Shown in pieces: positions 48,903 to 58,881 of a DNA stretch of 64,000 nt (its first letter is position 1; every line of letters begins with the position of its first letter). The notes under the pieces are model-generated. The model made no database searches and was not told the origin of the DNA. It saw only the letters and a list, made by a program, of their open reading frames with translations. Both the position numbers and the translations under genes were made by a program. The DNA comes from a virus. The DNA is taken from the IMG/VR virus record IMGVR_UViG_3300014325_000011, positions 51,126 through 115,125 of that record, one strand, 5' to 3'.

Positions 48903-49796
48903 TCATTGCGCACCCGGCCTATCGGGAAGGTTCGCTGACTGCGGCCACCGGACCTCAGCCAGGCCATGGCCCAAGCTGGCCGCATGGTCGCCCTTATGGC
49001 CGGGCCTCAGATCGCAGATCCATCCGCACCGACCCAACGGAGCGGGCACGCTTGAAGCCCTACCTCCAACTTCGCTTGGACCTTCTACCTGCGCCTCCAA
49101 GCGATCCGGCGAGTTACTTGTAGGTTCGAGGGCGCCGAGGATGCGCATGATCTCGATGGGGGCCAGAAGTTCGTAATCCCGGCGGCGCTCCTCCGCCAGC
49201 GCCCGAACCCGGGCCGCCTGTGCTTCGGCGACAGCGGCACGGGCCATGTAACTCGCCCCTGCGGCGGCCAGGCGCCCAGTCTGCGCCTCCAGTTCGGCGA
49301 CCATGGCCTCTGCGGCGACCGCCCGCGACTCCTGTACCGCCGCATCCAACCCGCGGAGCTGGGCCACCTTCGCTTCGGCAGCGACAGCGCGGGCAGTCAG
49401 CTCGGCGACTCGGGCGCGGGTCTCGGCGAGCTGGGAGGTAAGCGCATCGACAGCGCCGACCAGCCCTTCCACCCGGCGGGTTGCCCGCATTGCGATCCGT
49501 CGAACCCGTCGGTAGGCCCGCTCGGCGTCGGCTAGTTGCTCGTCGACGGTCTGCTCCGGCAGGCCGGCGGCGATGGCGTGAAGAAGGTCAACTAGTGCGG
49601 CCGGGTGTCCGGCGTCGACAGCCTCGTTCTCCGCTTCCAATCTGCTGATCTCGTCGAGCAGAGGAACGACTACCGGCGTGAGGGCGGCCCGCCACACTCG
49701 CTGACGGTCAGCAAGGCTGTCCTCGCGTCTGAACCAGCCGGCCAACGCTGCTGCGCCGTTCGCGTCCTCAACCATGGAGTCGGTGATCTCGGTCAT
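48903..49796 (-). CDS. Coiled-coil hypothetical protein
   Basis: RAVAAEA repeats. Confidence 0.5.
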   Translation of the reverse strand: MTEITDSMVEDANGAAALAGWFRREDSLADRQRVWRAALTPVVVPLLDEISRLEAENEAVDAGHPAALVDLLHAIAAGLPEQTVDEQLADAERAYRRVRRIAMRATRRVEGLVGAVDALTSQLAETRARVAELTARAVAAEAKVAQLRGLDAAVQESRAVAAEAMVAELEAQTGRLAAAGASYMARAAVAEAQAARVRALAEERRRDYELLAPIEIMRILGALEPTSNSPDRLEAQVEGPSEVGGRASSVPAPLGRCGWICDLRPGHKGDHAASLGHGLAEVRWPQSANLPDRPGAQ

Positions 49797-50028
49797 GCCG
49801 ACTCCCTCCCTGGAAACACGGTCCGGTCTCGGCCGCAGCCCGAACACTCCCGGCGCCACACAGGCTCGTAGTACGACTCCATGTCGGGCGGATCGCCGGT
49901 CAGAACCTCGTCATGGGGTAGCCGTTTCCGGCAGCCGAAACACCACATCTCCCCCGCCGACTCGCGGGCATATTCATGCTTCGGCCCGACGCCGCACACG
50001 ACAACGCCCGACGGCAGGTAGATGCAGG

Positions 50029-50475
50029 TCATGAGGCTTTTATTCTAACAGAATTGCTATCGGCGAACCCGCCGGAAAGGCGTGCGTCAAAACGCATCCG
50101 CCACCTACGGGCATCATTGTTCGTGATCCCCGCAGCCGCATACAGCGGGCCAACAGACCGCCCCTCCGCGACCGCCTCATCCAACGCATCGGCCAACGCC
50201 ACATCGGGCGCTATCGCCGCCATCACCGGCGCATGCACCCGCCTCGGAACGGCCAACAGCACGGCGTCCACCATCCGCTGGCGGACGTCCCGCCCGGCCC
50301 AGATGCCATCCGGTTCAAGGTAGGCCAGCGACTCGGCATCACACGCATTCCGGACTGGGCACCAGGCACAGATCCGCGTTGCCTTCTCAACCGCACGCCT
50401 CGAACCGGTTGCCGCCGCGTCGAACAGGTCGATGTGGTCACGGCATCTGGCCCGGCCCGCATCCCAGCCGCTCAT
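50029..50475 (-). CDS. WhiB family transcription factor
   Basis: ARC...LF...ICAWCPVRNAC...GIWAG. Confidence 0.8.
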   Translation of the reverse strand: MSGWDAGRARCRDHIDLFDAAATGSRRAVEKATRICAWCPVRNACDAESLAYLEPDGIWAGRDVRQRMVDAVLLAVPRRVHAPVMAAIAPDVALADALDEAVAEGRSVGPLYAAAGITNNDARRWRMRFDARLSGGFADSNSVRIKAS

Positions 50476-50723
50476 GCCGCCCTCCGATCTTGGCCGAGTT
50501 CCCGGAGCCGGTTCCGGTCGCGGACCACCGTCCGCGACGAGATCCCCAACCGGATGGCGATCTGCCTCGCAGAACAGCCCAGCAGCGTCAGCACGCGCAC
50601 CGCATTGCGCCGTTCGGCCACCCGGCTGTCGGCGCAGGTCCAGCAGAACCGCTCACCGCTGACGCGGATAGTGACCACATGACCGGCGTGTTTTCTGGCG
50701 TAGTCGCCCGGCCGGGTCGTCAT
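50472..50723 (-). CDS. HTH DNA-binding protein
   Basis: GCSARQIAIRLGISSRTVVRD. Confidence 0.7.
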   Translation of the reverse strand: MTTRPGDYARKHAGHVVTIRVSGERFCWTCADSRVAERRNAVRVLTLLGCSARQIAIRLGISSRTVVRDRNRLRELGQDRRAA

Positions 50724-51247
50724 GCTGCAACCCCATCGAGTCGGGCGGCGAACTCTGCACGCCAGCGGAGAACCGCTTCCTTGTCCATGCCTGTCAGCCG
50801 TGCGCCTTCCCGCGCCCCGGAGGTTTCGTCCAACACCTCGGCCAGGTTGATGTCTGGGTCGAGGTCAGAGACCGTCAGCGACGGCCGGTGGGCTGTACTG
50901 CGGCGGCGGACCAACAGATCCCGTTCGGCTGGCATCAGACCGCCCCACATGCCGGCCTCTTCCCGGTGCAGCAGCGCGACCAGCAGGCAGACCGTCCGCA
51001 CCGGGCATACCGCACAGACCCGCCGGCCTTCGTCGACCGCGGGTGACTCGGCGTCGGGGGCGACCTCGGACAACGTGTCAAACAGGTCGACATGGGTGCC
51101 GCAGGTGCCACGTCGCCGCCAGGCTGGCGGCGGGTCGAAGTCGGCCAGCAGGTCGGCGACCGTGCGGGCCGCGGTGCCGGCGAGAAGGTAACGGCCCGCC
51201 GGGCTTGCGGCACGCCGGATTGTGGACAAGTAGTTGTCGGGGATCAT
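50720..51247 (-). CDS. WhiB family transcription factor
   Basis: W...GTC...LF...VCAVCPVRTVCL..AL...GMWGGL...ER. Confidence 0.88.
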   Translation of the reverse strand: MIPDNYLSTIRRAASPAGRYLLAGTAARTVADLLADFDPPPAWRRRGTCGTHVDLFDTLSEVAPDAESPAVDEGRRVCAVCPVRTVCLLVALLHREEAGMWGGLMPAERDLLVRRRSTAHRPSLTVSDLDPDINLAEVLDETSGAREGARLTGMDKEAVLRWRAEFAARLDGVAA

Positions 51248-51729
51248 CGCAGCACCTCCGACACCGTGATCCGAACCCCAGGAACGGTCAGAGGGCAGCC
51301 CGGACCGTCGGCGTAGTGCTGGGAGTTGCCATGTTCGATGACCTGAGAGTCGTCCCTGTACACCTGGGCGACCGTGAGGGCGTCGGAAATTGCTCTGACC
51401 AACTTGTCAAGATCGCCAGAGCTTTGCGTGATCGGCAAAACCCAGTCCGGGTTTGTCCGCCAGTTCTTCGGCGCCGTCTTCCGCTGAGGCATCGCGAACA
51501 CCAAGTCGAGGCGAACCCCACCGAGAAGAGGACCCCGACGACCCGCGTGGGTGTACCACGCCTCCCGAGCCTTCGCCGCGACCAGTGCCCGCCAGTTCGT
51601 CAGCTTCGCCGGGTCGTCGGGGATCACGAAGGTCTTCTCGCCGCGGGTGAACGCCTTCATCGACCCTTGGGTTGCGGCCATGCCCTCCACGTCGAAGGTG
51701 ACAGCCCGAGCGGCTTCCACGATGCTCAT
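51244..51729 (-). CDS. rusA: RusA-like Holliday junction resolvase
   Basis: FDVEG...QGS...DLDKLVRAISDALT...YRDDSQV. Confidence 0.88.
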   Translation of the reverse strand: MSIVEAARAVTFDVEGMAATQGSMKAFTRGEKTFVIPDDPAKLTNWRALVAAKAREAWYTHAGRRGPLLGGVRLDLVFAMPQRKTAPKNWRTNPDWVLPITQSSGDLDKLVRAISDALTVAQVYRDDSQVIEHGNSQHYADGPGCPLTVPGVRITVSEVLR

Positions 51730-51971
51730 GCCGCCGCCTGCCTTCTGTATAGGAACGGCGTCTTGCGGAACCCGACCGTCCGATCCTGGCGGCGGTCGTA
51801 ACGCCACATCCCAGACGGTGTTTCTCCCTCATGCCACAGGGCGAAGAACCTGCGACGGGCCATCCGGATGCGGCGTGCGAACGCCTGATACTGGACGCCG
51901 AGCGCGTCGGCCGCGGCCTGATAGGTGTTGAACGTGGCGAGCGCGGCGAACCGGGCGACGCGGTCAGACAT
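51726..51971 (-). CDS. Small HTH protein
   Basis: YQAAADALGV...RIRMARRRFFALWHEGETPS. Confidence 0.55.
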   Translation of the reverse strand: MSDRVARFAALATFNTYQAAADALGVQYQAFARRIRMARRRFFALWHEGETPSGMWRYDRRQDRTVGFRKTPFLYRRQAAA

Positions 51972-53052
51972 CGCCCACCCCTGCGGGCTTCTTCGGGAAC
52001 GTCACGCGCAGAGAGACCGCGGTCGTCTTCGTGACCTGCTTGGTTGGAATCGGCCCGCAGACCAGTTCGTATTCGCGGCGCACCCGGTCCAGGTCTTCGA
52101 CCTCGTCGACCTTCGGGTTGCCGCCCGACCAGGCGATTTTGGTGCCGTCGTCGAGAGCAATCCTCTTCACGCCTTCAAGGTGGGGACGCCACTCCTCCAA
52201 CAGGGCTTCGGCTTCCCGCTTCTGCCAGGTCGCCGCCGCGTACTGCTGGGCCGCTTCGATCAGCACCGGATCGTCGGCGGTCGGGTACTTGCCCTCGGGG
52301 CCTCGACAGTCGGTCACCCGAGAACAGAACTGGCGACAGAAGAAGTGGTCCTCGTCGCGCAGGTCCCACATGTCGATGGCATGGCGGATCTCGGCGGTCC
52401 TGGCGTCGACTGTGTGCATCTCGAAGCGGTCGAGGATGCCAGCCATCTCCGCGGCGCGGGCGTTCTCCTGTGCGACCCGGTCGGCGGCCTCGTCGGCGAT
52501 CTCCTGTGAGAATGGTTCGCTGTACTCCCAGGCGTCGTCGAACTCGCCGTCGCGGGGCAGGCAGACCAGCGACACCCGGTCGATCTGATGGCCTTCGGCG
52601 CGCAACGCGGCGGCGCCCATGTGCAACTGGCCCCGGTAGCCGCTGCCGATGCCGTACTTCTGCATCCACACGATCTTCGACAGGCGAGGGAACTTCCAAT
52701 CGGAAAGGAGATTGGCGGTGATGTTGCCCAAGTCGATCGTGCAGGGCACGCCCCGGTAGACGGCCCGATGCTCCACCAGCAGACCGGGACGGCCCTTGAG
52801 GGCACGTTCGGCCGCAGCGTGGGCTGCCTTGCCGATCCAGGCGTCCAGACGGAGCCGCGGGTCGGACTCGGGGATGCCCAGCAGGCGCCACAGAGACTCG
52901 GCCCGGCAACCCATCGCCTGAGACGCCCCTGTCTGGATCTGCAAGGCGCGTGGGTCGGCGGCCTCCTTCTCGGCGAGCGCGGCCATCAGGAGGCCCAAGC
53001 CGGTCGTCGGGGCGGTGGTCTCGAACGTCGGCCGGTCATCGAGGGCGGTCAC
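51964..53052 (-). CDS. Cas4/RecE-like PD-(D/E)xK exonuclease
   Basis: GASQAMGCR...G...H...VEH...TIDL...DWK...Q...C..FC....C. Confidence 0.8.
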   Translation of the reverse strand: MTALDDRPTFETTAPTTGLGLLMAALAEKEAADPRALQIQTGASQAMGCRAESLWRLLGIPESDPRLRLDAWIGKAAHAAAERALKGRPGLLVEHRAVYRGVPCTIDLGNITANLLSDWKFPRLSKIVWMQKYGIGSGYRGQLHMGAAALRAEGHQIDRVSLVCLPRDGEFDDAWEYSEPFSQEIADEAADRVAQENARAAEMAGILDRFEMHTVDARTAEIRHAIDMWDLRDEDHFFCRQFCSRVTDCRGPEGKYPTADDPVLIEAAQQYAAATWQKREAEALLEEWRPHLEGVKRIALDDGTKIAWSGGNPKVDEVEDLDRVRREYELVCGPIPTKQVTKTTAVSLRVTFPKKPAGVGDV

Positions 53053-53589
53053 TTTGGCTCCCCTTCGGGCTGAACCGAGATCTCAATCCACCAGTCGCAG
53101 TCGCATCCTTCGAGCTGCCCGCAACGGCCGACGGGGTGAGGGTTCTGCCATTCGAGGCGGACCGGGACCGCAGACATGGTGAGGAGGTCGGTGTAGTCGA
53201 CGCCCGGGTCGGCGTGGCAGTCCGCGCAGGACACCGATGCCTGCCCGCAGTCGATCTCCAAATGCCAGCGGTGGCCGCCGTCGCGCTTGCCGCATTCGGC
53301 TTGGCGGGCTTCCTGCTCACGCCAGGCGACCGCACTCGGGCTGTTGTCGTTCGCGGCCAGTTCCTCGGGCGTGGCAACACGCCAGTTGAGCGCGGTCACA
53401 GGACAGTTCCTTTCGGGCGCGGGTCCTTCGGTGACGGGCCAACAAGTCCAGCCGAATGCAGCACCTGCCACACGTCGGGATGGGTCTCAAAGACGTGCCA
53501 GACCGCGCGGGCCTCGGTCTCGGCCGCGACCAGCAGGCCGTAGGGCACAGTCCAGTCGCAGTGCTGGCAAGCGATCACGTCGGCGGTCA

Positions 53590-54060
53590 TCAGGTCTGCC
53601 CCTGACCAGCTAGACGCATTTCCTGGTTCACGGTCGCGTTGGTCGACCGGTTGGACTCCTGCATGGTCTTGAGGCGCCACATCTCGTTCTTCGCCGTGTC
53701 AGCGATGATGTTGGCTGTCTCGGCGGCGAGCAGAAGATCGGCCGTTTCCAGGTCGGCGATCTTCTTGCGGACGTCCATCGGACCTTCGGCGCGTAGGAAC
53801 GCCTCCGCTTTCGCCCGTTCGTAGGCAACCTGCGTCTGAGCGGCGGCCTTTGCGAGGCGGGACCATTCCTCGCTCTGCTCTTTGACCAGGTCGTCGAGCA
53901 GGTCGAACTTGGCCTGTACCTCGATCGGGCTTGGCAGTTCCCGGCGGTGCTTGCGCCAGCCGGTGCCGTCCCAGATCCAGCCCTGGCGGCATTCTCCGAG
54001 CCGGGGCCGGGTGTCGTGGCGGATCTCCCCGGTCTCCCGGTCCACCGTTGGGGCGGTCAT
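53590..54060 (-). CDS. Hypothetical coiled-coil protein
   Basis: VDRETGEI N-terminus; YERAKAEAFL... Confidence 0.55.
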   Translation of the reverse strand: MTAPTVDRETGEIRHDTRPRLGECRQGWIWDGTGWRKHRRELPSPIEVQAKFDLLDDLVKEQSEEWSRLAKAAAQTQVAYERAKAEAFLRAEGPMDVRKKIADLETADLLLAAETANIIADTAKNEMWRLKTMQESNRSTNATVNQEMRLAGQGQT

Positions 54061-55022
54061 GCTGCGACCTCAAACAGACCCGACTCGGGCTCGGCCGGCC
54101 GTCGTGGAGGAACCCTAGATGGACCCCGGTAGCCGGATACCTCTCGGCAAGCTCGAACCCGGGCCAGCGGTGAATCCTCGACCTCGCCCAGAGTCCACGA
54201 ACAGTCCCACAGCCCGGCACGGCTATGGAGCCTCTGCCGCCAGCCCTCCGCGAACGCCGGACAGTTCGCCTCCGAAACGTGGGTCGGTGTGCAGCCAGCC
54301 TTGAACCTGCCGTCGAACGACCAGGCCATCGAGTCGGCGGAGGCGAGCATCCGGCCGTAGCGGACCAGACCGCTGGTCTTACAGCCGAAGCCGTGCAGGG
54401 GAAACTCGGCGGCGAACGCGGCGACGATGGCGCCGATCTCGGCGGTGTCCTGCCGGCGGCATACCGATCCGAGGCCGACAAGTTCGTAGGCGTGGAGGTC
54501 AACCCCGGCCTGTGCGTACAGGTCGGCGCAGTGCTCGTAGTCGCCCAGCGTCCAACCCTGAAGCACTGGCATGACGGGGCACGACTCGTCCGACACCTTC
54601 GGCCACAGGGCCCGCAGCGTCTGGAAGTTGTCGACTGTGCGGGCCTGATGCTCGCGGACCGTCAAGCCGGTCTTGGCCAGCATGAACGGCTCACACATCC
54701 AGTCCTGTGGCGCCGCCCAGTCCATCCGTCCAACCGTCGCCTCGTAGCGGGCCAGCGCCTCCACATAGGCCTGTGGTGGCGTGCGCCACTCGCCATATTT
54801 CGACAGTTCGGTGAACCCACCGGAGTCGATTGCGTAGGGGCCGACGGCCTTTGCCGGCGAGGTGATCGGCGCGAGAGCGCGATGCGAGACGAACAGGGGC
54901 CAGCGTGCCCAGCCCAACCATGATGGGTGATGGCTGCCCAGGTAGAAGCACATCCCGTCCGTGGATGTGTGCTGGTCCAGTCCGTCGATGTCAGCTTCGT
55001 CGAACAGCGTTATGCCGGTCAT
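54057..55022 (-). CDS. Queuine tRNA-ribosyltransferase-like (DpdA/TGT-fold) protein
   Basis: FYLG...DSGGFTEL...QDWMCEP...PVLQGW...GLGSVC...LHGFG...SADSMAW. Confidence 0.8.
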   Translation of the reverse strand: MTGITLFDEADIDGLDQHTSTDGMCFYLGSHHPSWLGWARWPLFVSHRALAPITSPAKAVGPYAIDSGGFTELSKYGEWRTPPQAYVEALARYEATVGRMDWAAPQDWMCEPFMLAKTGLTVREHQARTVDNFQTLRALWPKVSDESCPVMPVLQGWTLGDYEHCADLYAQAGVDLHAYELVGLGSVCRRQDTAEIGAIVAAFAAEFPLHGFGCKTSGLVRYGRMLASADSMAWSFDGRFKAGCTPTHVSEANCPAFAEGWRQRLHSRAGLWDCSWTLGEVEDSPLARVRACREVSGYRGPSRVPPRRPAEPESGLFEVAA

Positions 55023-55375
55023 GCGACACCGGCCTTCCGGTCGTACACGGTGATCCAATCGTGAAGCCCCGACCACTGAACCGGCCGATGCTCGGCCACC
55101 TCGACCCACCCCTTGTCGAGCGCGGCGAAGAAGTTGTCGTCCGCGCAGCAGCCGCCGTCACCCTCACCGATGTAGATGACCCGGTTGCCGGTGTAGAAGT
55201 CGAGCGCGGCGGCGGCCATCGGCGAACCGTAGGGCGGCCAGCAAAGGAACAGCGCCCGGTCCGGGAAGTCTTTCGCCGCCCGGGTGTAGCCGGTGGCCAC
55301 CGGGTGGTAGGTGGCACGGAGCCGCTGGCCGACGGGCAGCTTGCCGATCGGCGCCAGGTCCAGCGAATCAGACAT
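55019..55375 (-). CDS. C-terminal half of a phage SAM-dependent methyltransferase-like protein
   Basis: LFLCWPPY...YIGEGDGGC..DD.FF...QW.G.HD; no GAGxG SAM-binding motif upstream. Confidence 0.55.
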   Translation of the reverse strand: MSDSLDLAPIGKLPVGQRLRATYHPVATGYTRAAKDFPDRALFLCWPPYGSPMAAAALDFYTGNRVIYIGEGDGGCCADDNFFAALDKGWVEVAEHRPVQWSGLHDWITVYDRKAGVA

Positions 55376-55702
55376 CGCCATCCACCGCCCGAATCCGCTC
55401 CCGCAGGTCGGCGAGCATCGCCTCACGGTTCGGATCGTCCAAACCGAACCGGCTGGCAGCCGTCCGCTCGCGCGGGAGTAGCCAATCCACCATCACCGGC
55501 AGGTTCACCACATGCGGATCGCCGTCAGGGTCGAAGACGAGCACACCTCGCAGGTGCCGATGCTCGGCCGCTTCTTCCGTAGTGGCCATCCGCCAGCCGG
55601 CCGGCAGATGGTTCGCGAGGTCTTCGATCATCGACCGTTCGATCTGACCCGCTGGAGTAGCAAGACGGGCCTTCGCCCAGTCCGACGTGTAGTCAGGGGC
55701 AT

Positions 55703-55873
55703 TCATGCCGCCACCCACCTACGGTCGTGGGACACGGCCCGGCCCTCGTCCTGCAAGGCACGCAGACCATCCCGAACCTGCTGGACGTCCAGTCCGGTCA
55801 GGTGGGCGAGTTTGCGAGCCCGCACCGGCTGGGAACCGAGGACCCCGGCCAGCGCCCGCTCCACGGCGGTCAT
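55703..55873 (-). CDS. 56-aa winged-helix protein (below the ORF-track cutoff)
   Basis: MTAVERALAGVLGSQPVRARKLAHLTGLDVQQVRDGLRALQDEGRAV...W; ATGA overlaps on both sides. Confidence 0.6.
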   Translation of the reverse strand: MTAVERALAGVLGSQPVRARKLAHLTGLDVQQVRDGLRALQDEGRAVSHDRRWVAA

Positions 55874-56976
55874 GCCGCACGCTCCGCAGGGGCGGAGCCG
55901 TTCGCGGCGACCTGCGCCAGCGCCGGACGTGGCGCCAGTTCCTTACCGCGCAACTTCAAAAGCTCACCGAGGGGCATCGTCGTGTCGTCCAGCCCGTTGC
56001 CGACCATCAGCCTGTCCAGCCCGTCGGCCACGGCCTGCCGGTACATCGCGCCGACCTGCTCGAAGGTCGCCGTGTTTGACAGGGCGTCGTCGCGGAGCTT
56101 CGCCGCCCGCGGGTCCTCGCCGCCCTCCTCTGGGAGCAGGGCACCAACGGTCGTTGACACGATGTCGCGGACCTGCGTGTTCTGCGGGTCGAACCGAATC
56201 GCATCGAAGATCAGCCATTCAAGGAGACGGCCATCCGCCTCCTTGACCAACACTGGCTGAGACTCGTCGATCCCCGGGCGGATACCGGCATGTACCGAAC
56301 GGGCGCCGATGATCGTCGGCGGTTCAGTGCGGGACAGCCGCATCCACACCGTCGCGTCAAAGCCAAGGTTCTTCTGCCCGTCGACCCGGTAGTCCTTCTG
56401 CCGCTCGACAGGCTTTCCCGCATCGTCGAACGACGCGATCTCCTTGCCCCTGGCAAGCAGGATCACGATCCCGGGAAAAGTCAGGAACTTGGTCATCAGC
56501 GTGCCATGACGACGATTCGCGTCGTTCCACAGATCAACCGTCGGCTTGACCTCGACATCCTCGCCGACCCGGCGCCCCCGCTTCGCGAGCCGTTCCCGCT
56601 GCCGGTCGGACGCCCACGCGGACAGCCCAGCCCACACATCCGACATGGTGTCGACAACAAGGACGGCCGGCTTCTCCCCGCTGTCCTTCGCCCACTGGGC
56701 GTACGCCTTGACTTCGTCAACTCGGCGGACCAGCGTCGACCAGTCGCTTTCACCTTCGACGATCTCGAACCGGGCGCCGGGCCATGCCCCGTACTCGTCG
56801 GCACTGCCCTCGCCTCGGTCCAACCAGAACGTGCGACCGACCCGATCCGACGCGGACAGGATGACGGCCGCAGTTGTCTTCCCGCACTTTTCCGGGCCTT
56901 CGACGAGGACAACCGGGCAGGACACCCGACCGGTTGGGCGGCGGGTCGGAACCTGCGGTGGCTGGGGGGCGCTCAT
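55870..56976 (-). CDS. AAA_24/Sak4-like ATPase (recombination)
   Basis: VLVEGPEKCGKT Walker A, LVVDTMS Walker B. Confidence 0.8.
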   Translation of the reverse strand: MSAPQPPQVPTRRPTGRVSCPVVLVEGPEKCGKTTAAVILSASDRVGRTFWLDRGEGSADEYGAWPGARFEIVEGESDWSTLVRRVDEVKAYAQWAKDSGEKPAVLVVDTMSDVWAGLSAWASDRQRERLAKRGRRVGEDVEVKPTVDLWNDANRRHGTLMTKFLTFPGIVILLARGKEIASFDDAGKPVERQKDYRVDGQKNLGFDATVWMRLSRTEPPTIIGARSVHAGIRPGIDESQPVLVKEADGRLLEWLIFDAIRFDPQNTQVRDIVSTTVGALLPEEGGEDPRAAKLRDDALSNTATFEQVGAMYRQAVADGLDRLMVGNGLDDTTMPLGELLKLRGKELAPRPALAQVAANGSAPAERAA

Positions 56977-57405
56977 GCGGCCACCGCCAGTGGCGTGACG
57001 ATGCCGTACTCGGCGTTCAGTTCGGCGAGTCTCGCCGCCGACGCCTCCCGCAGCGCGTCCCGCAGCGCCAACATCCGGCGAAGCGACATCATGACCGACT
57101 CGCCGTTGCCCAGCTCCCAGCCGATCAGCAGCAGGTCCAGTTCGGCGTCGTACCGGCCGACAGCGGCCGGACTCGTCGAACCATCCGCCGTGATGCGGGC
57201 CACGGTCGCCCGAGCTTCCTCCCGGTCCTGCGCCGTCGGCTCGATCGAACCGGTCACACCGACCTGTTCCATCAGATCGGCCGACAGGCGCAGAGCGCGC
57301 GCCGTCGGGTTACTCTTCTGGGTCAAGGCCCTCTCCATTCCTGCTTGACGTCATGGGTGGGTTCAGGGCGCCCCTGCCGTGGCTGCGGCTAGGGGCGTCC
57401 GCATT

Positions 57406-57744
57406 TCAAGCGGCCTCAGCGGTAGGCCGTGGATAGCGGCCGGACTGGTGCCTCAGCCGCGCCGCCCACGTCTCACTCGCCGCGTAGACCTCGGCGTCCG
57501 CCTGGTCGATGACGAAGGTGCCGCGCGCGCCGACCCGTTTGGCTACGAGCCACAGGCCTGGGTCTGGCCGCTGGCCGGTGCGGTCCCATTCGTCGGCGCC
57601 AGCGGCGGCGGCCCGAGAGGCGGTTCGGGGAGTGCAGCCGAGGATTCGGGCGGCTTCGGCGGTCCCGATCCACTGTGGTTCGGCGGCCAGGTCGACGGCG
57701 CGGAGGTGTTCTCCGGTGTCGTCGGCGGGCTGGTCGATGTCCAT
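57406..57744 (-). CDS. Cro/Xis-like HTH protein, first early gene
   Basis: WIGTAEAARILGCTPRT; divergent from the repressor. Confidence 0.7.
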   Translation of the reverse strand: MDIDQPADDTGEHLRAVDLAAEPQWIGTAEAARILGCTPRTASRAAAAGADEWDRTGQRPDPGLWLVAKRVGARGTFVIDQADAEVYAASETWAARLRHQSGRYPRPTAEAA

Positions 57745-57792
57745 GGATCTATTGTCCTAGACTGTCCTTGATCCGTCAAGTATCTAGGACAA
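57745..57792 (-). promoter_or_regulatory. Leaderless early promoter with operator
   Basis: TTGACG-17-GACAAT-6-ATG, flanked by the TTGTCCTAGA/TCTAGGACAA inverted repeat. Confidence 0.75.
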
Positions 57793-57897
57793 GTCGGAGC
57801 AGGGCTGCGGGCCGAATATGACGACCACATCAACAGCCGGAGCGAAACCCTCACACCGCAGCCAGAACAGGCCTCAGATGTGGCACCATGACCCACC

Positions 57898-58881
57898 GTG
57901 GCCCACGACGACGGCGGAGGCCGCTACCTCACCGCCGCCCAGACCCAGCGCCTAGCCGACGCCATGGTCCGACGTCGGACCACACTCGGCGGAGCCGGCC
58001 ACCTCATCTGGCCCCTGTCCCGCAACACCCTCAATCTGTGGTCCGCGGGCAAAGGTCACCGCGCCCAGATCGGCCGACTCGCAGACGTCGACCAGGTCAT
58101 GTGGTGGGAACCAGGCTCGGCCCTCGCCTACGCGCGCGGCGAAGGCCCACTACGACCACTACCGGACCCCACCGACTTCCAGTGGAAGATCTTCGTCGCC
58201 CGGTGTGAGCGGAGGCTCCGCTACGGGGACGTCGCACTCGAAGCCGGCCACCGGGCCGACGGCACACCACAACTCACCGCCGACGACGTCGAACGGTTCG
58301 AGCGGCACCCGCTCTACGAACCGCCCCCCGCCGATCTGATCGCCGCACTCGCCGCCAGTCTCGGCCTGAACGCCGACCATCTGGCCCGGCTCGCCGCAGA
58401 ATCGGTCCAGCCCTCCGGCGACGCCGCCACCGAGAAGGCCATCGGCCGGTTCCTCCACCAGGTCCACAGCCTGCCGCTCCACTGGCAGGCCGCCGTGGTT
58501 GACACGGCAACGTTCCTCGCCGGCTCCGATGAGATCCGGCAGGTTGTCGACCTGCTCGCAGACCTACCCGAACACACCAGAGTTGGAACGGTCCGCACGA
58601 TCCGCCGACTCCTGGCCGACGTGGAACTTCGACAGGTCGTTGAACGGTTCGGCCGCCTCGCCGGGCCTTCACGCATAGACGCCCTGGAGGCGTTTACGGC
58701 GGTCGTCCGCGGCCTGTCACGCACGGCGATTACGGTCGAACCGGTCGACTATGAGGAGGAAGCGGTCGCGATCGCACGGAACGCGGAGGACGAAACGCTC
58801 GTCGAACAGTTCCGCGACGAGCAGGCCGATGATCTGGCCGCCGAGGTCGACGAGCGGCCGGGGGGCGACGAGGCCGGCTAG
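57898..58881 (+). CDS. Putative immunity repressor
   Basis: RLADAMVRRR..LG...SRNTL...LADVD..M.WEPGS resembles actinophage repressor HTH; a second XRE-like segment follows; divergent from the Cro-like gene. Confidence 0.6.
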   Translation: MAHDDGGGRYLTAAQTQRLADAMVRRRTTLGGAGHLIWPLSRNTLNLWSAGKGHRAQIGRLADVDQVMWWEPGSALAYARGEGPLRPLPDPTDFQWKIFVARCERRLRYGDVALEAGHRADGTPQLTADDVERFERHPLYEPPPADLIAALAASLGLNADHLARLAAESVQPSGDAATEKAIGRFLHQVHSLPLHWQAAVVDTATFLAGSDEIRQVVDLLADLPEHTRVGTVRTIRRLLADVELRQVVERFGRLAGPSRIDALEAFTAVVRGLSRTAITVEPVDYEEEAVAIARNAEDETLVEQFRDEQADDLAAEVDERPGGDEAG

